Made by a program: the position numbers and the translations under genes. DNA of 64,000 bases, from assembly GCA_030295235.1 (NCBI GenBank), contig AP026133.1:124001-188000 (forward strand). Direction: 5' to 3'. The stretch is from Fistulifera solaris (taxonomy: Eukaryota). The notes beneath the pieces are model-generated. The model saw only the letters and a list, made by a program, of their open reading frames with translations. It searched no databases and was not told the DNA's origin. Shown piece after piece: positions 49,680 to 61,444 of the stretch. Position 1 is the stretch's first letter; each line of letters begins with the position of its first letter.

Positions 49680-50244
49680 AGAGCATGGTTGGTGGATTGG
49701 TTTTGAGCTCATTGTTGCGAGATGCGGAGTAATAACTGTAGAGTCTGCACAATCGAGATTGTAGAACACAAATGATTTGTGAGCGAAACAATTTCAAAAG
49801 CAATCTCAGTTAGGTTGGCTACTATTGGGGAGTTCTGTAGAGTTTCGAGCATTGACCATGGTGTTGGAGCATTTGCGATTTGTGATACTTTTAACTTAAT
49901 CGATGGTGCTGTCAAAATATAAGGAATGAAGCTTCGATCTTTTTGATTATAATTGGTTGGTGTTTGACGACAAAGCCGCAAGGTGTAAGTAAGCATACCT
50001 GGTACCAACACGAATTCTATTGGAAAACCTAGTCCATGCGAGTGACTCGGAGCGACAGGTGGTTGGTTTCTACTTATTGAAGGCCCTTTTCGTTTTTCGT
50101 TTACTAGTGAGTACTTTCTTCCCACATTGACAAAAACATCACGACAACATTCTAAACAATAATCTAGTTCCTTGTGTTTTCAGTTACATCTATTATCAAT
50201 TATATTTTGTTGTAATTTGCACTTTATTCTCAACGAAATTCATC

Positions 50245-52200
50245 ATGACAGTTGCAGTGGAAGCGCGCGAATTTGTTGACCAATTCAATGCCGATTACGA
50301 AACGCGGCATCGCGCCTTTGAGGAGCAATTCTGGGGCACCAAAATGAACTTGCAGGATGCTCGATATTCAGCGGAAGAACTGACGCGCACCAAGACAGAA
50401 ATGGAGTCGTTGCTGCAAGATAAGGCAGTCTTGGAAAAGGCTCAGCAGCTTCGTTCCCAGTGCACAGACGACGATCGTTTGATTAAAACACTCGATATTA
50501 TTATTCGAACGTGTCAGTGTTATCAAATGAACGACGAAGCAGCGGCGATTCGACGTGAAACGAGTCAACTTGAAAGCTCTTTAGAAATGGCTCGCAATGC
50601 CATGAAATTGGGATATTCTCTGGACGATGAGACGTTTGTAGAGGCATCTTCCGTGAAATTGCGGAACCTTTTGCGAACGGCCGACGAGGAATCGGTTCGT
50701 CGGGCTGCCTATGAAGGTCTGCGTTCGATCGGGCCGTATGTACTTTCTCATGGGTTTGTAGAAATCATCAAACTGCGCAATCGTCTTGCCAAAAGTTTGG
50801 GGTTTGTTGATTGTTATGGTACGTGTGACGTGTGTCAGATCAACCACTGAAGTTGACATTCATGCTCACACTAATATGACACATTTTTAATAAAAGACTA
50901 CAAGGTAACGAATGCAGAGGGTTTTGGCAAAGATCGTCTCTTTGAAATCTTGGACACTCTGGAACAAGGTACCAGGTCTATTTTGGAAAAAGCACGTAAA
51001 TATTTGGTGGAGAAATACGGACCCGACGCCGCGGAACCGTGGAATATGAGCTACAAGATGGCAGGCAGTGTCGTAGCAAAGATGGATCCCTATTTCCCGT
51101 TTGCTGCGAGTGTGGAGCGTTACGTCAAATCCTATGCAGCTCTCGGTATTTCGTACAAAGGAGCGACCATAAATTTAGATCTCTTAGATCGGCCGCAGAA
51201 ATACAGCAACGGATTTTGTCATTGGCCTCAGCCAGCGTGGGAAAAGAGTGATGGTACTTGGCAACCCAGTGTGGCTAATTTCACGTCGTTGGCCGACCCG
51301 ACGGCCGTGGGAAGTGGTCATACCGCTTTGAAAACGCTTTTGCACGAAGCGGGACACGCGGCGCATTTTGCCAACGTGGTCCAGCCGAGTCCTCTCTTCA
51401 GTCAAGAACGAGCTCCTACCAGTGTTGCGTACGCTGAAACACAGTCAATGTTCTTAGATAGTCTACTCGAAGACGCCGCCTGGAATGCGAAATACGCGAA
51501 ACATTCGAAAACGTCCGAAGTGATCCCTTTTGATATTCTGAAAGAAAATATCGAAGCGACACATCCCTTCGCTGTCTTCCCATTGAGAGCTATGTTGGCC
51601 GTTTCATACTTTGAAAAGGCGCTTTATGAGCTCCCCGAGGAAGCCATTACAGTTGAGAAAATAGAAAAACTAGCGGATCAAATTGAGACGACGATTCAGG
51701 GAGGTCTCAGCCCTCGGCCATTGTTGAGTGTCCCCCATCTTGTCAGCGATGAAGCCAGTTGCTACTATCACGGATACACCATGGCAGAGATGGCAGTATA
51801 CCAAACTCGGGACTATTTCTTGGGGAAATACGGTTACATTGTAGATAATCCTGAGGTTGGACCAACGTTGACGACTGCTTATTGGAGTGCCGGTAACTCG
51901 AAACCATTCCTGGATCTGGTGCTCGAGTTAACAGGGAAACCGTTGACAGGAGATGCATGGATCAAGAAGTTGAATGAGCCACTCGAGGATAAAATTGTGA
52001 AAGAGAAAGCCAACTACAATCGCGCCATAGAAGAAGGCTCGCGTCGCCACGAGCAGCCGTTAGAATCATTGCTAGACATGACCGTTCGGTTCGTTCATGG
52101 AGATGAGCTTATTGCCGACTCGTCTAAATCAGGCATCATCGGGGCATGTGAAGAGTTTGAATCCTATATCTACGCACGTGTAGCTGAAGCAACTTCATAA
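50245..52200 (+). CDS. M3-family zinc oligopeptidase (intron 50819-50896)
   Basis: HEAGH zinc motif, DLLDRPQKYSNGFCHWP, AETQSMF and YYHGY; the splice gives GFVDCYDYKV. Confidence 0.9.
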
Positions 52201-52272
52201 ACTTTGGTATTGGTTGCTAACTTAGTGAAAGGCTCTTTAAAGTAGAACATCTCTAGATTTCTTGTCGATGTG

Positions 52273-53052
52273 CTATCTACATATCAAGTGAGGATGCACA
52301 GAAAGTATATCAAATATTACTCCGATGTCGGCTCTTTTTGTAGCAAGCGATAGAGGATATTCACCAGAGGTGTTAGCGAATTCAACATCCGTCGTGGTTC
52401 GTAGTATGGCTTTCACAAGACCGTTGCAAAGTTTGTTAGAAATAGCTAATAGCAAAGCAGAGTTTCCTCTGGAGTCCAGTGCATTGACATCAAATTTGCC
52501 GCACTCAATCAGCAGGTTGGCGGATAAGCTACTTCCTTCTGCCAACGCAAGATGCAAGTAAGATCCTCGAACGAGTTCACCTTCTGCATCGTGCCATGAT
52601 GTCTCGAGATCTACATCCGACGCGACGTTCAACAACGTCTTAAGCGCAGTCGTACCACATTCAAATACTTTCTCGTTACGAATCACGTAGTTCATTATCG
52701 AGTGAATGCTTACTCCGTGATCGATCAGCAGTCGCACAGCGTCCACATTTCCGGATTCTGCTGCCGCAAATAGTGGTGAGCCTCCATCGAAATCTACCCA
52801 TCCCTCGTTTACATTTGCACCGAGTTCTAACAGGATCTTGGCCAGGCAAATGTTATTGGATTGACAGGCATAAAATAAGGGAGTGAACTGCATGGAAGTC
52901 CGATGGACGCAGTCGGGGTGATCTTTCAAAAACCGTCGGATGGTGTCTTCCATGTGTTCACCAGTTCGGTCGGAATACAGCAGTCTTACGAATTTTGCCC
53001 ATTCTTCGGGAGATACAAGTGGTCGTTTCATCTCTTGGGACTGTTGTGTCAT
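52273..53052 (-). CDS. Ankyrin-repeat protein (start uncertain)
   Basis: TPLFYAC...LLELGANVN, GGSPLFAAA, YLHLAL, GNSALLLA and GEYPLSLA. Confidence 0.82.
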   Translation of the reverse strand: MTQQSQEMKRPLVSPEEWAKFVRLLYSDRTGEHMEDTIRRFLKDHPDCVHRTSMQFTPLFYACQSNNICLAKILLELGANVNEGWVDFDGGSPLFAAAESGNVDAVRLLIDHGVSIHSIMNYVIRNEKVFECGTTALKTLLNVASDVDLETSWHDAEGELVRGSYLHLALAEGSSLSANLLIECGKFDVNALDSRGNSALLLAISNKLCNGLVKAILRTTTDVEFANTSGEYPLSLATKRADIGVIFDILSVHPHLICR

Positions 53053-54732
53053 ACTCCGTAGCAATTTGTGGTCGGTTCGAGAATAGTTGTGAGAAAAGAG
53101 AAAAAGAGGGTCCGAAAACTCAATCCTCGCCAAATCATGCCGGCTTGCGTGCAACATTAAAGATACATACCAACCTTGTTCATAGTACGACATAATAACT
53201 TAATATACTTACAAATCAGGTGATTTGAACGTAAGCTAAGAAGTTAAATGACTACCAGTTGTTGTAGCAGTGCCATAATTGAGAAGCAGCCAATAACAAG
53301 CCTCGTTTGTCGACAAGGAAAAGCCCTGACGTTCATAACAAATGAATAATGTCATTGTTGATCATTGCTTTACCGTTTTGGGCAAGTAACATGGATCTGC
53401 ACCAGTGTTCAACTGCGCTTGCCAGGGTCGCCGTGGTCATCTTAGCCTGCAGGCATTCGTCTCCAAGTTGATCGTATTGGGGAAAACAAAGAAAATATCA
53501 GAAAAACAAGAACTAGGACGTCGCATGACAAGATCTGATCCGGCGATTACGTGTGAGAGACAAAGATTATTGATGGGAATCGCGCAAGATCCTAGAGTCG
53601 GTATTTCGATGTTGTCGATCACGCGACCACCGGGTGCGTTTCGATGAAGGTATTTGTCAGCTCGAGAACGAAAAACATTTGAAATTACTTACGCGGCTGA
53701 TACTTACAATTGATGGAGGAGTGTTTCAGCGAGAAACAAATTGCTAATTTTCGGCTTCGCAATTGCGCTAGCCGTCAATGCTCGCAAAGGCGTGTGATCG
53801 GAGAGTCCTCCGCGTGTACAGTTGCCAATATCGTGTAATCGAACCGTCTCGACGATGTGCTGCTTTAATCTCTAGAGCTTTATATAGCCATTCGACACGC
53901 GGCAGGCGTTGGGGTATTCGACATAAGTCTTTTTTCGTTAGCGCCCATCCCTCGAGTCGAAGGTTGAATGCTGGATGACGTGCTTGTCCGTCTTGAGACC
54001 ACTTGATATCTCGTCAATGACCTTGTTAATGGTAAATGATTGTTCCATCCACGGCACGAATGTCATTACTCTTCAAACCATACAATCCTGCCGTGCACTT
54101 CATTCTGTACCAAATTACTTGAATCGACTAGATGAAGCGCTCCCCGTTGTGATTTGATGGGCAAGGAAACCATCGCTAACTGAAGACGGAGTACGCAATT
54201 TTCATAACAACTTAAGAAATGGCCGTATGGAGGTACGAGTTTTAGTTGAAAGTATGGCTTTGATACCACGGCGTATTACCTTTTCTTATCTTGTTCTACT
54301 TCGCAATTTGCACCAACATTGGCTTTCCGACCTCTCCAAGGCACGGCAATAACATGTCCAGATCAACTTGCTCGTTGTCCAAGCTCAACATCGATTAGTT
54401 CATACTCATCATCACTGTCCAAATCGTAGCCAGGAATGAACGGAACGGTGTTCCCCGCCGCCGTGTCGGAACGGTCAAGTGAACCATCCTATTCAAAAGA
54501 CGATACTTTCCTCGAGGACCTCGTTTCAACTTCTTTTCTCGCCATTGTACACGATCAGGCCCTATTGTAGCGGAGCGAGACTACCAGCAAATTGAATTTC
54601 ATGATTTAAAGTTTCATGCTTTCTCCGGATGACCTATCATTCAAATGGGCCAAGTTCTGAGTCAATTTACCGTACTGCGGGAAAACGAGTCACTAGTTAT
54701 TGAATTATAGTCGTCATTGCGTCTCGGATGCG

Positions 54733-55608
54733 TCATGCAGTTTCTCCGTGTTCCATTTTAGCGTCAACTGCTGACTGCTTCAAAGCGACCAAGGAATAAA
54801 TTTGAACACTCCCAAAATTCAAATGCCTGATTTCGTCTAACCGAAAGGCTTTCTCTCCTGCACACGCGAGCGATTCCAAAATGTGACCGAATTCTTTCGG
54901 CGACGGAAATTGTTGAATGGAATTTTGTAAATGCCAATATTCACGTGGAGCCCCCGACAAAATTGCGCCAACGGTGGGTACGGCATTGCGAATGAACCAA
55001 CGGGCCATCTGTCCCATAATGCCGAATGAATCATCCGGTTCGGAAAATTCCAGAATACAAAAGCGGGCCTGGTCTTTGAGGACTTGATGGATTTCACACA
55101 ATGCTTTGTTGCGATCCGGGACATTGCGAATACCAAAAGCCATGGTGGCCCCATCAAAATGATTCGGACCAAACAGCTTAGCAAATTGTTGTGCATCGGC
55201 TTGTTGCAAGTGAATGTGGTCGGTATGCGCCGTTTTGGTTCGTCCGACGTCTAACATATTGTTGCTGGGATCTAAGCCGACAATTTGAGCCTGAGGCATT
55301 TGTTTATGCAGAAGAAGAGCGACATCGGCCGTACCCGTGGCCATGTCGAGCAAGCGAGCATCGGGCTGGACCGACGACTCTATAATTTCGACCATGACCT
55401 GACGCCACCGTACATCCATTCCGACAGCCAATACACGATTAATGAAATCATAGCGTGTCGCAATTAAATCAAACATGAAGCCGCTTCCGAAATCAGAGGA
55501 TGGCGGCGGTACGCCGGCAAAAAGGACGTATTGATAAACTCCGATGGACAGTAGAAGAGGCAGCGCCAACCACCAGCAGATCCGGCTCGGAGAACTCTTT
55601 GAGACCAT
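54733..55608 (-). CDS. ubiE: UbiE/MenG/COQ5-family C-methyltransferase with N-terminal hydrophobic segment
   Basis: MFDLIATRYDFINRVL, LLDMATGTADVA, GLDPSNNML, MAFGIRNV, ILEFSEP and Y..LQNSI..FP. Confidence 0.88.
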   Translation of the reverse strand: MVSKSSPSRICWWLALPLLLSIGVYQYVLFAGVPPPSSDFGSGFMFDLIATRYDFINRVLAVGMDVRWRQVMVEIIESSVQPDARLLDMATGTADVALLLHKQMPQAQIVGLDPSNNMLDVGRTKTAHTDHIHLQQADAQQFAKLFGPNHFDGATMAFGIRNVPDRNKALCEIHQVLKDQARFCILEFSEPDDSFGIMGQMARWFIRNAVPTVGAILSGAPREYWHLQNSIQQFPSPKEFGHILESLACAGEKAFRLDEIRHLNFGSVQIYSLVALKQSAVDAKMEHGETA

Positions 55609-55986
55609 GGCGGTAATTCAATGGATCCAACGTTGACTTTTTTTGCTTTTGAAAATACTATAAAGCCTGTCCTTGTTCAGGCGGGACGTTTTTACTTTCA
55701 AAGGCAAAAGACGACTCTCAATAATTCATCGATCATCAACATCAACATCAACTTTTCCCAGTGTGTCGGCCGCCGCGTACTTCGACCGACGCTGCTGACG
55801 CAGGAAGAACGACGATTCGGTACCGATACGACTTCGAGCAATAGCTTGCCGAACATTCGATTGTCTTCTTGAAGTCGAAAACGAAAGAAACGCAATCGAC
55901 GTTCTACGAAACAATGAGGGTAAAATGGCTGTTCTCTCCTATTTTCTTTTGCATCATAAAACTACACGACAAACTGAACAAAGAGC

Positions 55987-56532
55987 ATGATTGACCAAGC
56001 AAAAGACAAGATCGAGGCCTACGCTCAAACGGCGGGTCAGAAGGCGGATGAAGTCACCGACGCGGTATGTGAGAACGAAAAAGTTCAGGCGGCCAGTCAA
56101 AAGGTGCGAGAAGTGGTGGAAGCGGTAGCACAGAATCCTACTGTACAAGCCGCGGGTCAGAAAGTCCAACATGCGGCCGAAACCGTGGCCAAGAGTGATT
56201 TCATTCAGCGTGCTGCTGACAATGAATTGATTCAAGCTGCTAGTCGCAAAGTGCAGGAAGCAGCGCAAGCAATTACCGAAAACGAATTGGTGAAAACGAC
56301 AGCTCAGAATATTCAAGACAAAGCGAATAAACTCGGTGGAATTGCGGAGAATGAAGAGGAATATAAGGAATTATTTGAGAAAACTAACTTGGTCCCGACC
56401 GAAAAGAAAAAAGAGCTTGGTGCTATCAATTTACAAGGTGACCCTAAAGTGGTAACAGGAGAAACGCAACCCGAAACTAATAAGGATTTAGAAAAGGAGA
56501 TCATGAAAATGAAGGATATGACGAAGGGATGA
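55987..56532 (+). CDS. LEA-like hydrophilic helical repeat protein
   Basis: Repeats ENEKVQAASQKV / QNPTVQAAGQKV / DNELIQAASRKV; rich in A/Q/E/K, no Trp. Confidence 0.65.
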   Translation: MIDQAKDKIEAYAQTAGQKADEVTDAVCENEKVQAASQKVREVVEAVAQNPTVQAAGQKVQHAAETVAKSDFIQRAADNELIQAASRKVQEAAQAITENELVKTTAQNIQDKANKLGGIAENEEEYKELFEKTNLVPTEKKKELGAINLQGDPKVVTGETQPETNKDLEKEIMKMKDMTKG

Positions 56533-56825
56533 CGTAGATCGATTCTTTAGTTACTTTTAAATAGAAACAATCATTTATACTTTCATCGTCAAAAGATTGA
56601 TTTCACGTAGGGACCGAGTACTACATTACGTCTCTGCTCATAGACCACATCATGGAAGAAATCTGACCCAATGATTTGCATAGTCTATAGCCGAACTAAA
56701 TCACTCGTCGAGATGGAATAGGTCGTCGAGAGGGAATAGATGAGTCGGCAGGAAAAGATGTGTGTCTTTTGCCATCCAAGATTTTCTGACACGACTCATT
56801 TGCGAACCCCAACACACCGAACGAC

Positions 56826-56832
56826 TATAAAA
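56826..56832 (+). promoter_or_regulatory. Putative TATA box
   Basis: TATAAAA ~100 bp upstream of ATG 56927. Confidence 0.4.
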
Positions 56833-56926
56833 ACCTTTCGTCCCTCAGCAATATCATCTCATAAAACGTTGTTTCGAGAGGCTTCCATACATTTGTAGAA
56901 TTAGAAACATTAAAATTAACCTCACC

Positions 56927-57343
56927 ATGGCACGACCTGATGAAGATACGACGACTAACAAACCAAGCATGGTGGACAAAGTCAAAAACAAGGTTCACGA
57001 CATGTTCAGCGGCGATAGCAAAGGAAACAGTGGATCAACGCAAGGTCAGCCGAACATGATGGATCAAGTCAAAGAAAAGGTTCAACATGTCATGGGCGGA
57101 GAAGATCGACAAGACCATGGGCACACTGGCACGACCATAGCATCGACGCAGGAGAAGTTGTCGACTGGCGCCGGCGCCACCCCATACGACAAGAATGATC
57201 CTGTGAAAAGCTCTAAAACAGGCACGAAAGTCGGCGAGCGAAGCAATAGACGACGGAATTACATATACATAATTACACTGTTAAACGCATTGCCTATCTT
57301 TCAATGCAGCGCGCTCACACAATTATCCGGACATGCGGGCTAG
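56927..57343 (+). CDS. Short hydrophilin, paralog of the 59230 LEA gene (3' end uncertain)
   Basis: MARPDE...KPSMVDKVKNKVHDMFSGD matches MARPDQDKPKPSIVDQVRETVSHVFGGD; the motif is duplicated internally. Confidence 0.7.
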   Translation: MARPDEDTTTNKPSMVDKVKNKVHDMFSGDSKGNSGSTQGQPNMMDQVKEKVQHVMGGEDRQDHGHTGTTIASTQEKLSTGAGATPYDKNDPVKSSKTGTKVGERSNRRRNYIYIITLLNALPIFQCSALTQLSGHAG

Positions 57344-57700
57344 TTGCTCATGTGTGGAACTATCGTTAGCATGTTTTTCCAGTGTACTTGGCTACGTACC
57401 TCTGCTTGCAACTAATACTTAAGCACCGTTGAGAAAACATGTCAGTAGTTCTCCGCTGCAATCTCTACTAGTGCAATTTCACAAAAGCACGTTATAACCT
57501 TGTCTCTCTTGCCAACAACACTTCGTTTTCATCAGTAAAGGTATCTGGATGATTGGTAAGTGACGGCGAAAGAGCTCCGCGTTTGTCGGGTGATTTTGCC
57601 ACAATCTTCGCAGGGTCTAAATTTTTAATTGTCGCACCGGTGGTGACCCGTCGTGTTTGAAATTAACTTCAACATTTCGTAGAAGGTTCTAGAGAGAGAC

Positions 57701-57780
57701 GGAACCGGCGTTAAAATTCTGCCTCGTCGTGGCCGCTACGTAGAATCTTGTAATGGGAGGCAGAATTTTAACGTTCTTCC
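57701..57780 (+). repeat. ~80-bp hairpin repeat, copy E
   Basis: GGAACCGGCGTTAAAATTCTGCCTC ... GAGGCAGAATTTTAACGTTCTTCC. Confidence 0.9.
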
Positions 57781-57831
57781 ACGGAAGACATGGCGCAGTG
57801 CACGATCGAGCCAGAAGCCCCCCCCAACCAA

Positions 57832-58916
57832 GGGCCTGTACTAACGGCAGGGTTTTGAGCCTGGGATCCCAGGTTTTATGGCCTCCAACCGGCACTCAAC
57901 AGGCTTAATGTTACATGGGATCCTCGATTAGTGTTAACGGCATTTTGGAGAGTTGGGAGTTGGGACGAGGGACGAGGGACAAAGAAATGCCGATGGGTGA
58001 AAGGCAGACGAAGACTACGGTTTATTGCCAATTTGATTTGACCAAGTTTTGCATGCTATGAAAACGTTTAAATTCAAGTGAATACATAATTCAATAGAAT
58101 GTGATAAGAATCATCGGCCGGAGAAAAAATCGTGTGGATTGGAGCAGTTGTGGAGGAGATATGGCGTTTCGAAGTTCGATGCACAAAAGTTGGCCGCTGG
58201 ATACAATAAGAATAGCCAGCATTGATAAGTTAACAACTCTTCTAGTACATTGATAAAACTATTTTTTATATATCTTGTTGAGAGAAGAAAAGCGTGAAGA
58301 AAACTCCGATTAGGACTTATTTCAGAGCCTCTGCAGTCGCTCAAAATTTCTACAAACTTGCAGCATCCAATTATTTCATCGAATCAATCGTAGAACAAGT
58401 GAAAAAAGTATGTGAAAACACAACATTTAAATCATACAATATATTGCCAATTTGTAGCTGTATAGCCTCATCTGACTTGAACCTCATCTGACTTGAACTT
58501 AAGCACTTTCCACCGACGCGTCATTTTTTCTTAGCCCCTCTGAATCACTGTTATTTGCTCCGGCCTCGACATCTTTTTGCTGCGCGCCTTCTGTAAGAAC
58601 TCTTCATTATCAACCAAAGATCATTATAACCAAAGCTCTCTAAAATTTAACAAGAGGATTAAAAAGAACTTTAATAGATGATGTTTGGTGTAATAAAAAA
58701 ATGTGTCGAGAGAACAGGCAGTCGGCGGTCCCAGCCGATCCCAGCCGATCCCAGCTAACTTGGGATGCCCAGAAAAAAAGGGAACCAAAAAAAAACCTGG
58801 GCAAGCCCAGATTTTTTTGGCCTGTTGGGACCGACCGTCTGTCGTGTCATCGTAAAGCCTGTTAGGCCATAAAACCTGGGATCCCATGCTCAAAACCCTG
58901 CCGTTAGTACAGGCCC
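57832..58916. mobile_element. Non-autonomous DNA transposon, PIF/Harbinger-like (53-bp TIRs, 3-bp TSD)
   Basis: 57832-57884 is the reverse complement of 58864-58916 at 52/53 identity. CAA flanks both ends (57829-57831 and 58917-58919). The termini are GGGC, and the AT-rich interior has no recognisable transposase. Confidence 0.88.
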
Positions 58917-59229
58917 CAAGATACCGGTACGAAACTATTGAAAAGCACTTGCGCAGTTGCAACAAACGGACCCAAAGCGGTGCAGAAGAAACACGATTCG
59001 TATTGCCTAAGTGATCCATACATCACCGAGAAAAACAGAATCCAGCGAAATTCCACGAAATCGAAACACCACGAAAAGAGAACCATCTTTTTGATTCCAC
59101 ACGGGTTGATTGTTGAGAACTGCAAAAATGATCCCATTTCCCTCCTTTCCTACACTCTCACAATATTGGATAGCATCCAGATACCATAACAAACCGTAAC
59201 AGAAACCAGGTAACAAACAAACCTTAAAA

Positions 59230-60624
59230 ATGGCGCGACCTGATCAAGATAAACCGAAACCGAGCATTGTCGACCAAGTCCGGGAAACAGTTTCGCATGT
59301 ATTTGGCGGAGATAACCAAGGCGATAAAACCGTAACGGAAAGGACGGATGAAACCAAGGGAATGATGCAAGACAAAATGTCATCGGGCAACACCAACGAG
59401 AAAACGATTGGCGACGCTACACGCGAAAAGTACGAAGAGCTGATGCAGAACGTTCAGAGCACCTTGTCCGGCAACACCAACAAGGATCTTGGTGACAAGA
59501 CGGCGGACAAGTACCACGAGGGAAAGGGTGCGATTAAAGATACGTTCTCGTCCGGGGACAACAAGGATTTCGGCGACAAAGTTGCGGACAAGTACCACGA
59601 AGGCAAGGGAGCCGTTCAGGATATGGGTGATCAGGCCGCGGACAAGTACCAGCAAGGGAAAGAGTCCGTTCAGGAAACATACCAGCAAGGGAAAGACAAA
59701 TTCTCTGGTGAGCAAGACCTCGGCGACAAGGCCGCTGACAAGTACCACCAGGGCAAAGGCTTCATCAAAGATACCTTACTCTCTGACGAAGGCAAGGATC
59801 TAGGTGACCGCACCGCCGACGCGTACCACGGCACCAAGGGTATGGCTCAAGCCGCGGGTGACAAGATCATCGGTGTCAAGGACTCGATCCAGGACAAGTT
59901 GCATCAGGGCATCGAAACCGTCCAAGACAAGCTGCACCAAAGCAAAGAGACCATTGTTGACAAGTACCAGCAGAGTAAAGAAGCTGCCGAGCAGAAGTAT
60001 GAGCAGAGCAAGCAAGCTGCTCAAGAAACCTACAAGCAGGGAAAGGAAAAGGCTATGGAAGGCAAGGACATGGCTCAGGACAAGTTGCAGCAGGGGAAAG
60101 AAATGGCCCAAGACAAGATGCAGCAGGGCAAAGAAATAGCTCAAGACAAGTGGCAGCAAGGCAAGGACATGGCGCAACAAGGAAAAGAGACTGCTCAGGA
60201 TAAGATGCAGCAGGGAAAGGAAGCGACCCAGGATACATGGCAGCAGGGGAAGGACCTGGCGCAACAAGGAAAAGAAACTGCCCAGGACAAGATGCAGCAA
60301 GGCAAGGAAACGGTGCAGGACAAGTATCAACAAGGAAAAGAGACTACCAAGGAAAAAATGTCTTCCATGGGCGATAAAGCCAAGGATACGTACCAGCAGG
60401 GCAAAGAAACGGCCCAAGACAAGCTTTCGTCTCCTTCCGGTGGATCCAGCGGCAGTCAGGACAAAGTCCCCGAGACCAGTGGCGTGACCGTCAAGATCAT
60501 TGCCAATGACGACAAGAATTTAGGTGACCAGGCCGGTGCGAAATTCAATGAACTGAAAGGCAAAACCCATGCCGAGGACAAATTCTCTACTTACAAGGGA
60601 AACAACCCCGACAAGAAGTATTAA
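59230..60624 (+). CDS. Group 3 LEA-like protein with 11-mer repeats
   Basis: 464 aa; repeated QGKEMAQDKMQ-type 11-mers and GDK.ADKYH.GKG repeats; highly hydrophilic, no Cys. Confidence 0.88.
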   Translation: MARPDQDKPKPSIVDQVRETVSHVFGGDNQGDKTVTERTDETKGMMQDKMSSGNTNEKTIGDATREKYEELMQNVQSTLSGNTNKDLGDKTADKYHEGKGAIKDTFSSGDNKDFGDKVADKYHEGKGAVQDMGDQAADKYQQGKESVQETYQQGKDKFSGEQDLGDKAADKYHQGKGFIKDTLLSDEGKDLGDRTADAYHGTKGMAQAAGDKIIGVKDSIQDKLHQGIETVQDKLHQSKETIVDKYQQSKEAAEQKYEQSKQAAQETYKQGKEKAMEGKDMAQDKLQQGKEMAQDKMQQGKEIAQDKWQQGKDMAQQGKETAQDKMQQGKEATQDTWQQGKDLAQQGKETAQDKMQQGKETVQDKYQQGKETTKEKMSSMGDKAKDTYQQGKETAQDKLSSPSGGSSGSQDKVPETSGVTVKIIANDDKNLGDQAGAKFNELKGKTHAEDKFSTYKGNNPDKKY

Positions 60625-61444
60625 ACGTCTTCTGCATTTTATTGATAGAGCCTCTGAAGATTTGTCTGTCGTCAAAAGGATAAGGAACGAGGCGGGTGGC
60701 CAGTGCCATTAAGCACAGACAAAATGAAAACAGCCGGTTAATAAAAATGCATATTTGTACATGAACATGGTTTACATTTGTAGCGCAATAAATACTTACC
60801 ATTTGATCGCGAAAACGATAAACGCGGCCTTTGTTTGTCTCACGAGCGAGTGCTTCGGCTACCACACCATAAAAACATTTATCAGCCTAAAGCATCTCTT
60901 GCTCAAGGAAGAACAAGGTATTTGTGAATGCATGGCAATTCTTTTCATGCTTCTGCATCCATTCATCTCATGGTCGAACAGAAAAATTGCTCCAGTCTTT
61001 GGCCGCCAAGTTTCATCTTGCGGCCGCCGCGTCTCTGTGTCGCTGTCGCCCTGTGTGTATTGTGTATGCGAAGTAGTCGTGAGTCACGAGTCGCGAGCAT
61101 TACGGAGTACTCCGCATTAGGGAGTATTTAATAAATGTCAGTACCGTCACGACGTGTAACTTGTTTTCTGAACCTAAAAGACGGCCTTTCGTTCGCTCGT
61201 CGCTCGTGCCCGGTCGCACACACACAACGTTTTTTGATTTGTGATGTTTCTTTTTGATTGCGGATTTTGCGACTGACATTTTATTGTGAGTTTGTACGCG
61301 ATAACTCGTTTACTTTTATCTGAGACCCGAACCTTTTCTTGTTTCATCCTAAAGAAATCAGGAGCTTTCGTGTAAACCGCAAGCGATAGGGATCTTATTA
61401 TCGACAGCACTTTCGGTCTTTTTCAATCTTTCAAGAACGAGGGC

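Noticed and set aside
53300..54600. Possible decayed minus-strand gene (acidic stretch GYDLDSDDEYE); similar hints at 32378-33000 and 38098-38500
   Set aside because: Many stops and no recognisable family, so I cannot support a call.
58000..58700. Transposase remnant inside the TIR element
   Set aside because: No DDE or Myb/SANT motifs are recognisable in the short ORFs.
59380..60417. Long antisense and alternate-frame ORFs over the LEA gene (likewise 6394-7029 and those within 25075-25696)
   Set aside because: Shadows of repetitive, biased coding sequence.
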